From Actinomycetales bacterium (GTDB taxonomy: Bacteria; Actinomycetota; Actinomycetes; S36-B12; UBA5976): a stretch of 64,000 nucleotides of DNA. The notes beneath the pieces were generated by a model. The model saw nothing but the letters and a program-made list of their open reading frames with translations. It did no database searches and was not told the DNA's origin. Shown piece by piece: positions 17,410-25,651 of this stretch. The translations under genes were made by a program, and so were the position numbers. Location of the stretch: the NCBI GenBank assembly GCA_018969715.1, contig JAGWXT010000007.1, positions 11,044 through 75,043 on the forward strand, read 5' to 3'. Numbering within the stretch: the first letter of the stretch is position 1; every line of letters begins with the position of its first letter.

Positions 17410-18907
17410 CGGAAGCCCGGGGACGGGAGGTGGTGCGCACGCGGGGGATCAACGGTGCCGAGGACCGCTCCCGCAGGCTCGCCGCAACAACCCCGGTGCC
17501 GTAGGCGGCGTCGTCGAGCACGCGCAGGGCGAGGTAGCGGGGGAGGTCAAGCGGTCGCGGTCCCCTCAGCCACTCCCACACCAGCGGTGCGACGATCGCC
17601 GCGGTGATGATGCGGGCCGCTCGCGACCGTGGGCTGGTGGCCACGGCCAGGGCCCCGATCGGCCACCACTCTCGCCGCAACAGACGGCCGATGCCGGCGG
17701 CGTCCGCGGCCAGACCGAGCAGTGCCGTGCGAGCGGCGAGGGCCCGCCCATGGGGGAGGTCCCGCAGCTGCTCGCCGAGCAGGACGCTGGCGGTGCCCGC
17801 AATGGCGACCGCCGCCGTGGGGTTACCGGCGGCCAGTGCGGTGAGCGTGGCGAGGTTCCAACTCGATACGACGGCCGGTGCGAGGTGCTGTGGATGGCGA
17901 CGGGCCAGGGCCGGCGCGGAACTGCCGTAGCGAGCGCGCTGTCCGAGCCAGGTGCGCAGGGACCCCGGCCCCTCATGGCGAACGATCACCGATGTGTCGT
18001 AGCGGACGAGCCAGCCGGCGGCGACGAGTCGCCAGCACAGGTCGACATCCTCGCCGAGTCGCAACCCGGGGTCAAAGCCTTCGCCCAGGGCCGACCGGCG
18101 CACGACAAGCGCGGCGGTCGGCAGGAACCCGGGATGGGCGCCGGGGGTGGCCAGCCCCGGATGAACGCCCATGTCCAGACTGGAATGGTGCCACTCATAA
18201 CGGGCGAGGGCGCTCGGATGCTGTGGCGCGGGCAGCACCCGGGGTGCCACGGCCGCCACTGCCGGATCGGTGAAGTGGTGAAGGAGCCGCTCGGCCCAGT
18301 CGGCCGGCGCGATGCAGTCAGAGTCCAGAAAGGCGATGAACGGTGAACTCACCGACGCCGAGGCCCGGTTGCGGGCAGCCGCGGGCCCGGTGTTCACCGA
18401 CTGGCGAAGGATGTCCGCCCCATGCCGACGCGCAACGGCGGCCAGGGCCGCAGGATCGGCAGATGCATCATCGACGATGAGGACGCCGGGTCGCTTGAGG
18501 GCAGTGAGCAGCCGGTCGACCGATGCCGCGCGGTCCCGCGTCGGCACAACGACCGCGGTCGAGTGTGCTGTGCGTGACTCGACGAGATCGGCGGGCTGCT
18601 GCCGGGCCGGGACCGGGTGCACGAACCCACGATCGAGCAGGGCGCGCGCCGCCCGCCGATCAACTGGATGCACAACCGCAACGCCCGCCACCCCGGCGCG
18701 CCGGATGCGGGCGGCGAGGTGAGCCACTGTCGGGTGCAGCACGCTGACACGCCATGGTGAGCCGCCGACGAGCACGGATCCGTCGGCCCACATCCTGACC
18801 CGGTTGTCCCAGCGGATGCGGAAGCCCTGGGGCAGGGCGCGCCCGGCACCCGTGGGTGCGGGCGGCATGCCAGCGACGGTCGGTGGTCGGACTGGCGGCC
18901 TCAACAC
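17372..18907 (-). CDS. mftF: mycofactocin-system glycosyltransferase
   Basis: 511-aa GT2-type enzyme (VVVPTRDRA, IVDDAS, FLDSDC) with a C-terminal membrane-like region. The N-terminal segment GSVLVGGSPWRVSVL is as in MftF. It sits next to mftR and mftA-E. Confidence 0.8.
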   Translation of the reverse strand: MLRPPVRPPTVAGMPPAPTGAGRALPQGFRIRWDNRVRMWADGSVLVGGSPWRVSVLHPTVAHLAARIRRAGVAGVAVVHPVDRRAARALLDRGFVHPVPARQQPADLVESRTAHSTAVVVPTRDRAASVDRLLTALKRPGVLIVDDASADPAALAAVARRHGADILRQSVNTGPAAARNRASASVSSPFIAFLDSDCIAPADWAERLLHHFTDPAVAAVAPRVLPAPQHPSALARYEWHHSSLDMGVHPGLATPGAHPGFLPTAALVVRRSALGEGFDPGLRLGEDVDLCWRLVAAGWLVRYDTSVIVRHEGPGSLRTWLGQRARYGSSAPALARRHPQHLAPAVVSSWNLATLTALAAGNPTAAVAIAGTASVLLGEQLRDLPHGRALAARTALLGLAADAAGIGRLLRREWWPIGALAVATSPRSRAARIITAAIVAPLVWEWLRGPRPLDLPRYLALRVLDDAAYGTGVVAASLRERSSAPLIPRVRTTSRPRASVTRRPRLPLPRL

Positions 18908-19638
18908 GACGCGGGGCCGCTCTCGAAGCGGCGGGTCGCCGCGAGGTCCCCAACACTGGTGAGCCGGCCGTGGTCGAAGGCCCGGCCGTCGTCGAGATAG
19001 GCGCGCAGGCCCGCCATCGAGTCTGCGAGCGCCTGCCGCAGCCCCGCCGCGGTTCCGGCGGGGTGACGCAACCAGTCCTCATAGGCGGCGACTGCCAGGG
19101 CCAGGCTGACATGGCCCACCGTCTGCACCGCAAGTCCGGCCGGATCGGTCCCCGTGCGCTCGGCAACGTACTCGGTGATGACCTGCCGCCAGCGGGCGTA
19201 CATGAGCACGGAGTGCGCCTGCAGGGACGGTGTCCGAAGGATCAGTGACATCCGCGCCCGATGTGCCGGGATGGATCCATCGTCAAAGGTGTTGAAGGCG
19301 ACCACCGCCTCCTGCACCGTCCGGGCCACCGGTTGTGTCAGTGGCAGGGCCCGCAGCGTCTGCCGGAATCCGGCCAGGGATTCATCGAAGCGTCCCCAGG
19401 GGATGTCGTTCTTCGAAGGGAAGTAGCGGAAGAGGGTGCGCCGGCTGACGCCGACCGCCTCCGCGATCTCCTCGGCGGTCGTGTCATCGAACCCCCGTTC
19501 GGCGAACAGCGCGAAGGCTGCTGCCTCGATTGCGGCATGACTGGTTGCCGGCGGGCGACCCGAGCGATGGAACACGACCGATGGACCGTAGCAGCGTCGG
19601 TGTGTGCCGCGCACTGCGGTGACGTGGCGGGTCCGCAT
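18901..19638 (-). CDS. mftR: TetR-family regulator, mycofactocin-system type
   Basis: TetR helix-turn-helix EEIAEAVGVSRRTLFRYFPSKNDIPWG. It overlaps the mftF start by 7 nt. The start codon is uncertain (19638 or an internal GTG). Confidence 0.8.
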   Translation of the reverse strand: MRTRHVTAVRGTHRRCYGPSVVFHRSGRPPATSHAAIEAAAFALFAERGFDDTTAEEIAEAVGVSRRTLFRYFPSKNDIPWGRFDESLAGFRQTLRALPLTQPVARTVQEAVVAFNTFDDGSIPAHRARMSLILRTPSLQAHSVLMYARWRQVITEYVAERTGTDPAGLAVQTVGHVSLALAVAAYEDWLRHPAGTAAGLRQALADSMAGLRAYLDDGRAFDHGRLTSVGDLAATRRFESGPASC

Positions 19639-19670
19639 CGCACCCGCGGTGAGCCTCGATACTGACCTGC

Positions 19671-21095
19671 GTGATCACCCTTGGTGTTGACCTTGGCACC
19701 GGGTCGGTGAAGGTTGCCGCCATCGATGACCGCGGACGGCTGCTGGCGCGGGCCGAGCGGCCCTACCCGATTGTCTCCTCGCAGCCGGGCTGGGTGGAGT
19801 CGGATCCTGCGCAGTGGCAGGCAGCAGCGCACGCCGCAGCCGATGAGGTGCTGGGCGCCTTGAGCGGTCCGGTGGCCGCGGTGGGATTTGCCGGGCAGAT
19901 GCACGGGGTGGTGCTGAGCGACGGTGCTGGCGGGTCGCTTGGCCCGGCGATCCTGTGGGCGGATCGACGGGCCAGCCGGGAGGCAGCGTTGCTGGCTGAG
20001 GCTGGTCGTGATCGGCTTGCCCGCCTCGGGTCGCCGGCTGTCCCCGGGTTCGCCGCGACGACCTTGGCCTGGCTGCAGCGCCACCGGTCAGACCTGCTGG
20101 CACAGGCCGCCTATGCCCTGCAGCCAAAGGACTGGCTGCGGGTCGCCCTCGGCGGCAGCGTGGCAACCGACACCAGCGATGCCACCGGAACCCTGCTGTG
20201 TGAGATCGCGGCCTCTCGGTGGGATGATGACGTCGTCGGCTGGACGGGCATCCGCCCCTCACTGCTGCCCCCCATCCTTGCTGCCACCGATGGTGCTGGC
20301 AGTGTTGAGCTGGCTGGGCGCACCATGCCCGCTGTCGTCGGGGGAGCCGATACCGCGTGCATGATCGTCGGCCTCGGGTGGGCCGATGGCTTCATCGCCG
20401 TCGGTACCGGTGCGCAGGTCGTATGCGCCCGTATCGGGCCGCAACCGGATCACACCCTGCGCACCCACACCTTCGCCGAGGCGGGGCCGGCCGGCTGCGG
20501 CTGGTACCGACTGGGGGCGGTGCAGAATGCCGGCCTTGCGCTCACCTCGGCCCTGCGGCTGCTTGCGGCGACTCCTGCGGAGGCCTATGCGGCCCTCGGC
20601 GAGGACGTGAAGGCGAGCGACCCGCTGTTCATCCCCTACCTGGCGGGGGAGCGGACACCATTCATGGATGAGCAGCTCCACGGTGGATGGCAGGACGTCA
20701 CCCGGTCAACTGACCGTCCGGCACTGCTGCGGAGCGTCCTTGAGGGGATCGCCCACGCGATCGACCTCGGCCGGCAGGCGGTGCAGGCCACCGGGGTGGC
20801 CATGCCGCAGCCGATTCCCCTTATCGGCGGGGGGGCACATGATCCCCGCTTCCGGCGGCTGCTCGCTGATGTCACCGGATGCACCCTGCTTGGCGGCGCC
20901 CGGCCCGATGCGGCGGCGATCGGAGCGGCGACCCTGGCGCAGGGGCGCATCCGGTGCCTCGACCCGGGTGCGTCGCCCTCGGTGGTGATGCCACGATCGC
21001 CGAGCCACGCACTGTTGCGGGAACGACAGCAGCGGATGGTTGCGGCGGTTGCCGATCAGCAGGCGTCGATGCAACGGCGCGGGGTCGAGTCTTGA
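19671..21095 (+). CDS. FGGY-family carbohydrate kinase (xylulokinase-like)
   Basis: 474 aa with the N-terminal motif LGVDLGTGSVK, a mid-protein GGADTAC motif and the C-terminal motif IGGGA typical of the FGGY/XylB family. Confidence 0.8.
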   Translation: MITLGVDLGTGSVKVAAIDDRGRLLARAERPYPIVSSQPGWVESDPAQWQAAAHAAADEVLGALSGPVAAVGFAGQMHGVVLSDGAGGSLGPAILWADRRASREAALLAEAGRDRLARLGSPAVPGFAATTLAWLQRHRSDLLAQAAYALQPKDWLRVALGGSVATDTSDATGTLLCEIAASRWDDDVVGWTGIRPSLLPPILAATDGAGSVELAGRTMPAVVGGADTACMIVGLGWADGFIAVGTGAQVVCARIGPQPDHTLRTHTFAEAGPAGCGWYRLGAVQNAGLALTSALRLLAATPAEAYAALGEDVKASDPLFIPYLAGERTPFMDEQLHGGWQDVTRSTDRPALLRSVLEGIAHAIDLGRQAVQATGVAMPQPIPLIGGGAHDPRFRRLLADVTGCTLLGGARPDAAAIGAATLAQGRIRCLDPGASPSVVMPRSPSHALLRERQQRMVAAVADQQASMQRRGVES

Positions 21096-21119
21096 CTTTT
21101 GGCGCTCAGTGCCAATAAT
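21092..21119 (+). promoter_or_regulatory. candidate sigma-70-type promoter for mftA (TTGACT-16 nt-AATAAT)
   Basis: An AT-rich patch in GC-rich DNA that overlaps the kinase stop codon, 70 nt upstream of the mftA ATG. A direct repeat TGTGTCG (21119 and 21136) follows. Confidence 0.4.
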
Positions 21120-21188
21120 GTGTCGATGCGGGATCTGTGTCGGCGCGGTGGCGTGATGGTGCCGGCGACGAGCGATGAAGGAGACCCA

Positions 21189-21335
21189 ATGAATGAGCAG
21201 GTGGCGATGGCACCCGCGGAGAAGGCCGGCGCCGCAAGCGGCGTCGAGGTGGACGGAGGTGACTGCCTCGTTGACGAGGGAGTCGAGACCCTCATTGAAG
21301 ATGTCTCGATCGATGGCATGTGCGGGGTCTACTAG
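21189..21335 (+). CDS. mftA: mycofactocin precursor peptide
   Basis: 48-aa ORF ending in the diagnostic VSIDGMCGVY C-terminus, with a GAAGGAG Shine-Dalgarno 6 nt upstream of the ATG at 21189. The track ORF 21099..21335 contains it. Confidence 0.9.
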   Translation: MNEQVAMAPAEKAGAASGVEVDGGDCLVDEGVETLIEDVSIDGMCGVY

Positions 21336-21347
21336 GCCGCGACGGAG

Positions 21348-22877
21348 ATGTCCCTTGCCGCTGAGCACCCACCGCGCGTTGCGGGGATGAGCGACCGTCC
21401 CGCCGCACCGAGCGAGGTGGCGATCCTCGATCTGCCGCTGACCCTGGCTCCTGGGGTGTCCGTACGAGAGGAGCCATTTGGCGCCCTCGCCTACGACTCG
21501 GCCACCCGGCGGCTGACCTTCCTCAAACGGCCCGCCCTCCTCGCAGTCCTGCGTGGTCTCGACGGTATTCGGCCGGCCCGGGCGAGTGTGAGTGCGGCAG
21601 GGATTCCATCGTCCCAGTGGCCGGCATACGCCGCAGCATTGCGCGCCCTGCACACCGCAGCCATGCTCTACGCGCCGGAGTCCCGCGCCTTGCGTCCCCC
21701 ACCGCCCGCGCCCACTGCGCCGCCACTCGCGCCTGCCGCCCCGCCGCCGGCGACTGCCTCCCGCGACCTCACCGCGCAGATGGAGACCGGCCTTGCCGCG
21801 CCCATCTGCCTCACCTGGGAGCTCACCTACGGCTGCAACCTCGCCTGCCGACACTGCCTGTCCTCCTCCGGGCGACGGGACCCTGCGGAACTGTCGACCC
21901 AAGCCTGTGAGGCGCTCATCGACGAACTCGCCGGCATGGGGGTGTTCTACGTCAATATCGGTGGCGGGGAGCCGACCCTGCGTCCTGACTTCTGGCACCT
22001 GCTGGACTACGCAGTCGCGCGCCGGGTGGGCGTGAAGTTCTCCACCAACGGCTCGCGGATCACCCCAGGCCGAGCCGCGCGGATCGCGGCCACCGACTAC
22101 GTCGATGTTCAGGTTTCCCTCGACGGGGCGACAGCTGCGGTCAACGATGCCCTGCGAGGCCCCGGCAGCCATCGAATGGCGCTCACCGCGCTGGCGACCC
22201 TTGCCGCCGCCGGCGTCACCGGGGCGAAACTCTCCGTGGTGGTGACCCGGGACAACGTCGACCAGCTCGATCAGTTCCAGCAGATCGCGGATGACCACGA
22301 CGCAGTCCTGCGCCTGACGCGCCTGCGACCGTCCGGTCGCGGGGCGGCTGTCTGGGATGAACTCCACCTCACCGCCGACCAGCAGCGTTCCCTCCATGCG
22401 TGGCTGGTCGCCGCCGGCGACCGGGTGCTCACCGGCGACTCCTTCTTCCACCTGTCCGCTCTCGGTGAGGCGTTACCCGGGCTCAACCTCTGCGGGGCGG
22501 GTCGGGTCGTGTGCCTGATCGATCCGGTCGGGGATGTCTATGCCTGCCCATTCGCGATCCACGAGCGCTTCGCGGCCGGCAGTGTGCTCGGCCCGGGCGG
22601 ATTCACCGCGGTCTGGCGGGAGTCGGCGACCTTCACGTCCCTGCGGGAACCCGGCACCGGTGGCGGCTGTACATCGTGCAGTGCCTACGACGCGTGCCGT
22701 GGCGGGTGCATGGCGGCGAAGTTCTTCACCGGGCTGCCACTGGACGGCCCCGATCCCGAGTGTGTCCGCGGCGCCAGTGAGGCGGCGCTGGCGCAGGTGC
22801 GCACAATCCCGATGGCGAGCGTGGACCATTCCCGCACCACCCCCGTCGGCCTGCCGATGCCCGTGCTGCGGCGATGA
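21348..22877 (+). CDS. mftC: fused mycofactocin chaperone MftB (RRE domain) and radical SAM/SPASM maturase MftC
   Basis: Single 509-aa ORF. Residues about 25-110 resemble MftB (REEPFGALAYDSATRRLTFLK). Residues 111-140 form a Pro/Ala linker. The rest is near-identical in blocks to mycobacterial MftC (PICLTWELTYGCNLACRHCLSS, FYVNIGGGEPT, the SPASM segment CGAGRVVCLIDPVGDVYACPF, and GGCMAAKFFTGLPLDGPDPEC). Confidence 0.9.
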   Translation: MSLAAEHPPRVAGMSDRPAAPSEVAILDLPLTLAPGVSVREEPFGALAYDSATRRLTFLKRPALLAVLRGLDGIRPARASVSAAGIPSSQWPAYAAALRALHTAAMLYAPESRALRPPPPAPTAPPLAPAAPPPATASRDLTAQMETGLAAPICLTWELTYGCNLACRHCLSSSGRRDPAELSTQACEALIDELAGMGVFYVNIGGGEPTLRPDFWHLLDYAVARRVGVKFSTNGSRITPGRAARIAATDYVDVQVSLDGATAAVNDALRGPGSHRMALTALATLAAAGVTGAKLSVVVTRDNVDQLDQFQQIADDHDAVLRLTRLRPSGRGAAVWDELHLTADQQRSLHAWLVAAGDRVLTGDSFFHLSALGEALPGLNLCGAGRVVCLIDPVGDVYACPFAIHERFAAGSVLGPGGFTAVWRESATFTSLREPGTGGGCTSCSAYDACRGGCMAAKFFTGLPLDGPDPECVRGASEAALAQVRTIPMASVDHSRTTPVGLPMPVLRR

Positions 22878-24046
22878 GCTCGACCTGGCTCGAGACCGTT
22901 GCGGAGGCGCAGCGACGGGCCCGCCGCCGACTGCCGCCGGCGGTCTACTCCGCCCTGCTCGCCGGAAATGAGAGCGGCGTGACAGTGCGGGACAACACCG
23001 ATGCATTCGCGGAGATCGGGCTTGCGCCCCGGGTGGCCGACGCTCCTCACCTGCGCGACCTTGGCGTCGACATCCTCGGGATGGCCGCGTCGATGCCGGT
23101 GGTGCTCTCGCCGACCGGGGTGCAGGCGGTCCATCCCGATGGTGAGCTCGCCATCGCCAGGGCTGCCGCCGAGCGCGGGGTCCCGATGGGGTTGAGCTCA
23201 TTCGCGAGCAAGCCCATTGAGCAGGTTGCGGCCGCCCACAGCGCGCTGGCCTTCCAGCTCTACTGGATGGACGGACGTGATGCCATCCTGCGGCTGCTCG
23301 AACGGGTGCGAGCCGCCGGCGTGGGCACGATCATCCTCACCCTCGACTGGTCGTTCTCCTACGGCCGGGACTGGGGCAGCCCGCACATTCCCGAGCGCCT
23401 CACCCTCGGCTCGGCAATGCAGTTCGCCCCGCAGGCGCTGCAACGGCCCAGTTGGCTGCTGGCGTTCATCCGCTCCCGTCGGCTGCCCGACCTCACCGTC
23501 CCGAACCTCGCGGAGCCGGGTCAGCCCACGCCCACATTCTTCGGCGCCTATGCCCGCTGGCAGCAGACACCGCCACCGACCTGGCAGGACATCGCCTGGC
23601 TGATTGCCCAATGGGACGGCCCGGTCTGTCTCAAGGGGGTCTGTCGGGTCGACGATGCCCGCCGCGCGGTCGATGCGGGCGCCACTGCACTATCGGTGTC
23701 GAACCACGGCGGGAACAACCTCGACACCACGCCTGCGGCACTGCGCTTCCTGCCGTCGATCGCCGCCGCCGTTGGCGACCAGGTGGAGGTGCTGCTCGAT
23801 GGGGGGGTGCGCCGCGGCAGTGACGTCGTGAAGGCACTCGCCCTCGGCGCGCGGGCGGTGATGATCGGGCGTCCCTACCTGTGGGGGCTGGCCGCGAACG
23901 GGCAGGCAGGTGTCACGAACGTCCTCGACATCCTCCGGATGGGAATGGAATCCACCCTGCGCGGTCTCGGACGGGCAACTCCGGGCGAGCTCACCGCCGC
24001 GGACGTCCTCATCCCGGACGGGTTCCGGCGCGAGGCGCCCTCGTGA
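22874..24046 (+). CDS. mftD: FMN-dependent alpha-hydroxy-acid-oxidase-family enzyme MftD
   Basis: 390 aa with the VSNHGGNNLD motif and a TIM-barrel FMN fold. Its start overlaps the mftC stop (ATGA). Confidence 0.9.
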   Translation: MSSTWLETVAEAQRRARRRLPPAVYSALLAGNESGVTVRDNTDAFAEIGLAPRVADAPHLRDLGVDILGMAASMPVVLSPTGVQAVHPDGELAIARAAAERGVPMGLSSFASKPIEQVAAAHSALAFQLYWMDGRDAILRLLERVRAAGVGTIILTLDWSFSYGRDWGSPHIPERLTLGSAMQFAPQALQRPSWLLAFIRSRRLPDLTVPNLAEPGQPTPTFFGAYARWQQTPPPTWQDIAWLIAQWDGPVCLKGVCRVDDARRAVDAGATALSVSNHGGNNLDTTPAALRFLPSIAAAVGDQVEVLLDGGVRRGSDVVKALALGARAVMIGRPYLWGLAANGQAGVTNVLDILRMGMESTLRGLGRATPGELTAADVLIPDGFRREAPS

Positions 24047-24786
24047 TCGGGGGGGCCGCCGCCCTCGGTGGGCTCACCTGGCCGGACCTGCCCGAGCGGC
24101 CACTGGTGCTCGTGCCGCTGGGGGCCACTGAGCAGCACGGCCCCCACCTGTCGGTGAGCACCGACACCCTCATCGCCGATGCCGTCACCCGGCGGGTGAT
24201 CGCAGCGCTCGGCGATCGGGTGGGCCGCCCGGTGGTGCTGGCCCCTGCGCTGCCCTATGGCGCCAGTGGCGAGCATGAGGGCTTTCCCGGCACGATCTCC
24301 ATCGGCCACGATGCCCTCGGCGTGGTGCTGGTCGAGCTGGTCCGCTCACTGGCCCGCTGGGCTGGCCCGATCGTGATCGTCAATGCGCACGGGGGCAATG
24401 AGCCGACCCTGCGTGACACGGTCGCCCGGATGCGCGGGGAGGGACATGCGGTGAGCACGGTCGGCCTTGGGGCCGCCGTCGCGGTTGACAGCCACGCCGG
24501 TCACTATGAGACATCGGTGATGTGGGCGCTGGTGGCCAGCGGTGAGGTGCCCGCGGCGTCCGTGCGCGGTGATCGGGTTGACCGCGGGCGCTGCGAACCC
24601 CTCTCGATCCTGCTGCCCGAGCTGCGCACCCATGGGGTGCAGGCAGTCTCCCCCAGCGGCGTGCTCGGCGACCCGCGCAGTGCGACGGCCGATGATGGTG
24701 AGCGACTCCTCGGGATGCTGGTCGAGGCGGTGGTCCAGTCCCTCACCGCCGAGCTCGGCATGGCCGGTGTGGGGTCGCGCTGGTGA
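24043..24786 (+). CDS. mftE: creatininase-family mycofactocin peptidase MftE
   Basis: GTG at 24043 overlaps the mftD stop. It has the LGATEQHGPHL and GEHEGFPGT motifs of the creatininase family. The track ORF start at 23881 lies inside mftD. Confidence 0.85.
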   Translation: MIGGAAALGGLTWPDLPERPLVLVPLGATEQHGPHLSVSTDTLIADAVTRRVIAALGDRVGRPVVLAPALPYGASGEHEGFPGTISIGHDALGVVLVELVRSLARWAGPIVIVNAHGGNEPTLRDTVARMRGEGHAVSTVGLGAAVAVDSHAGHYETSVMWALVASGEVPAASVRGDRVDRGRCEPLSILLPELRTHGVQAVSPSGVLGDPRSATADDGERLLGMLVEAVVQSLTAELGMAGVGSRW

Positions 24787-25580
24787 GCGCAAGCCGGGTC
24801 GTTCTCGTGACCGGTGCGGCCCGCGGCATCGGCGCGGCAACGGTCAGGCGCCTGTGCGCCCAGGGTGCCCACGTCGTCGCCCTCGACAGCTGCGCCGGGA
24901 CGGTCACCCCGGACGGCGTGGACTACCCCCTGGCAACCCGCGAGGACCTTGACGCGGTTGTCGCACAGCATCCGGATCAGGTGATCCCCGTCGTTGCCGA
25001 TGTGCGCGATGCGGCCGCCCTCGTGGCCGCGGCGGATGAGGCCGTCCGCCGCCTTGGCCGCATGGACGCCGTCATCGCGGCCGCGGCGGTCATCAGCGGC
25101 GGTGACCCGCAGTGGCGGACCCCCCCGGCCCATCTGGACGCCCTCCTCGCCGTTGATGTCGGCGGGGTGTGGAATGCCGCGGCCGCGGTGGTTCCCCACA
25201 TGCTCAGCGGTCCGGACCCCGCGGGGTGCCGGATCGTCGCCGTCGCCAGTGCGGCCGGCACGCATGGGCTGTTCGGCCTTGCCGGCTACTGCGCCGCCAA
25301 GCACGCGGTGATCGGGCTGATCCGCGGGCTGGCCGCTGACCTCACCGGAACGGGGGTGACGGCGGTGGCGGTCAGCCCGGGAGCCACGCGCACCGCAATG
25401 CTCGAGGCAACGGCGGGGCTGTACGGCACCCAGACCCCGGACGGCTTCGCGGAGTCCTCGCGACTGCGGCGCCTGTTGGAGCCGGACGAGCTGGCGGGCA
25501 CCCTCGCCTTCTGCGCATCCCGGGAGGCCGGGGTGCTCAATGGCAGCGTCATCGAGGCCACTGGCGGCTTCATCGGGTGA
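24783..25580 (+). CDS. SDR-family oxidoreductase, mycofactocin-coupled type
   Basis: VTGAARGIGAA Rossmann motif and the YCAAK catalytic pair. It is translationally coupled (GTGA) to mftE. Confidence 0.8.
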   Translation: MSASRVVLVTGAARGIGAATVRRLCAQGAHVVALDSCAGTVTPDGVDYPLATREDLDAVVAQHPDQVIPVVADVRDAAALVAAADEAVRRLGRMDAVIAAAAVISGGDPQWRTPPAHLDALLAVDVGGVWNAAAAVVPHMLSGPDPAGCRIVAVASAAGTHGLFGLAGYCAAKHAVIGLIRGLAADLTGTGVTAVAVSPGATRTAMLEATAGLYGTQTPDGFAESSRLRRLLEPDELAGTLAFCASREAGVLNGSVIEATGGFIG

Positions 25581-25651
25581 GCCGCGGTCGCACCGATGAG
25601 CCGCGGTTGAACGGTCGGCCACAGGTGCAGCCGGTGGGCCACCGACCTTCG

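Larger units (their letters stand above)
14280..17410. other. low-GC genomic island (probable horizontally acquired glycan-tailoring cassette)
   Basis: Hand counts of GC per 60-nt line give 31 at 14341, 35 at 16861 and 25 at 17101. The flanks give 53 at 13861 and 44 at 17461. The island contains only tailoring enzymes and has no mobility gene. Confidence 0.6.

Noticed and set aside
14280-17410. Mobile-element signatures (integrase, transposase, tRNA attachment site, inverted terminal repeats) at the borders of the low-GC island, and likewise around 30367..31589 and 39771..42970
   Set aside because: No ORF in any frame shows DDE, tyrosine- or serine-recombinase motifs, and there is no tRNA-like sequence. 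I therefore call these compositional islands or repeat-flanked cassettes, not defined mobile elements.
20706-22451. 581-aa minus-strand ORF opposite the kinase 3' end, mftA and mftB-mftC
   Set aside because: It is antisense to highly conserved mycofactocin genes. It has no recognisable motif and the composition of a GC-rich shadow frame.
25581-25651. Possible bidirectional terminator between the convergent SDR genes
   Set aside because: Only short imperfect stems (6-7 bp with mismatches) can be drawn by eye, and there is no U-tract on either strand. The evidence is not strong enough to annotate.
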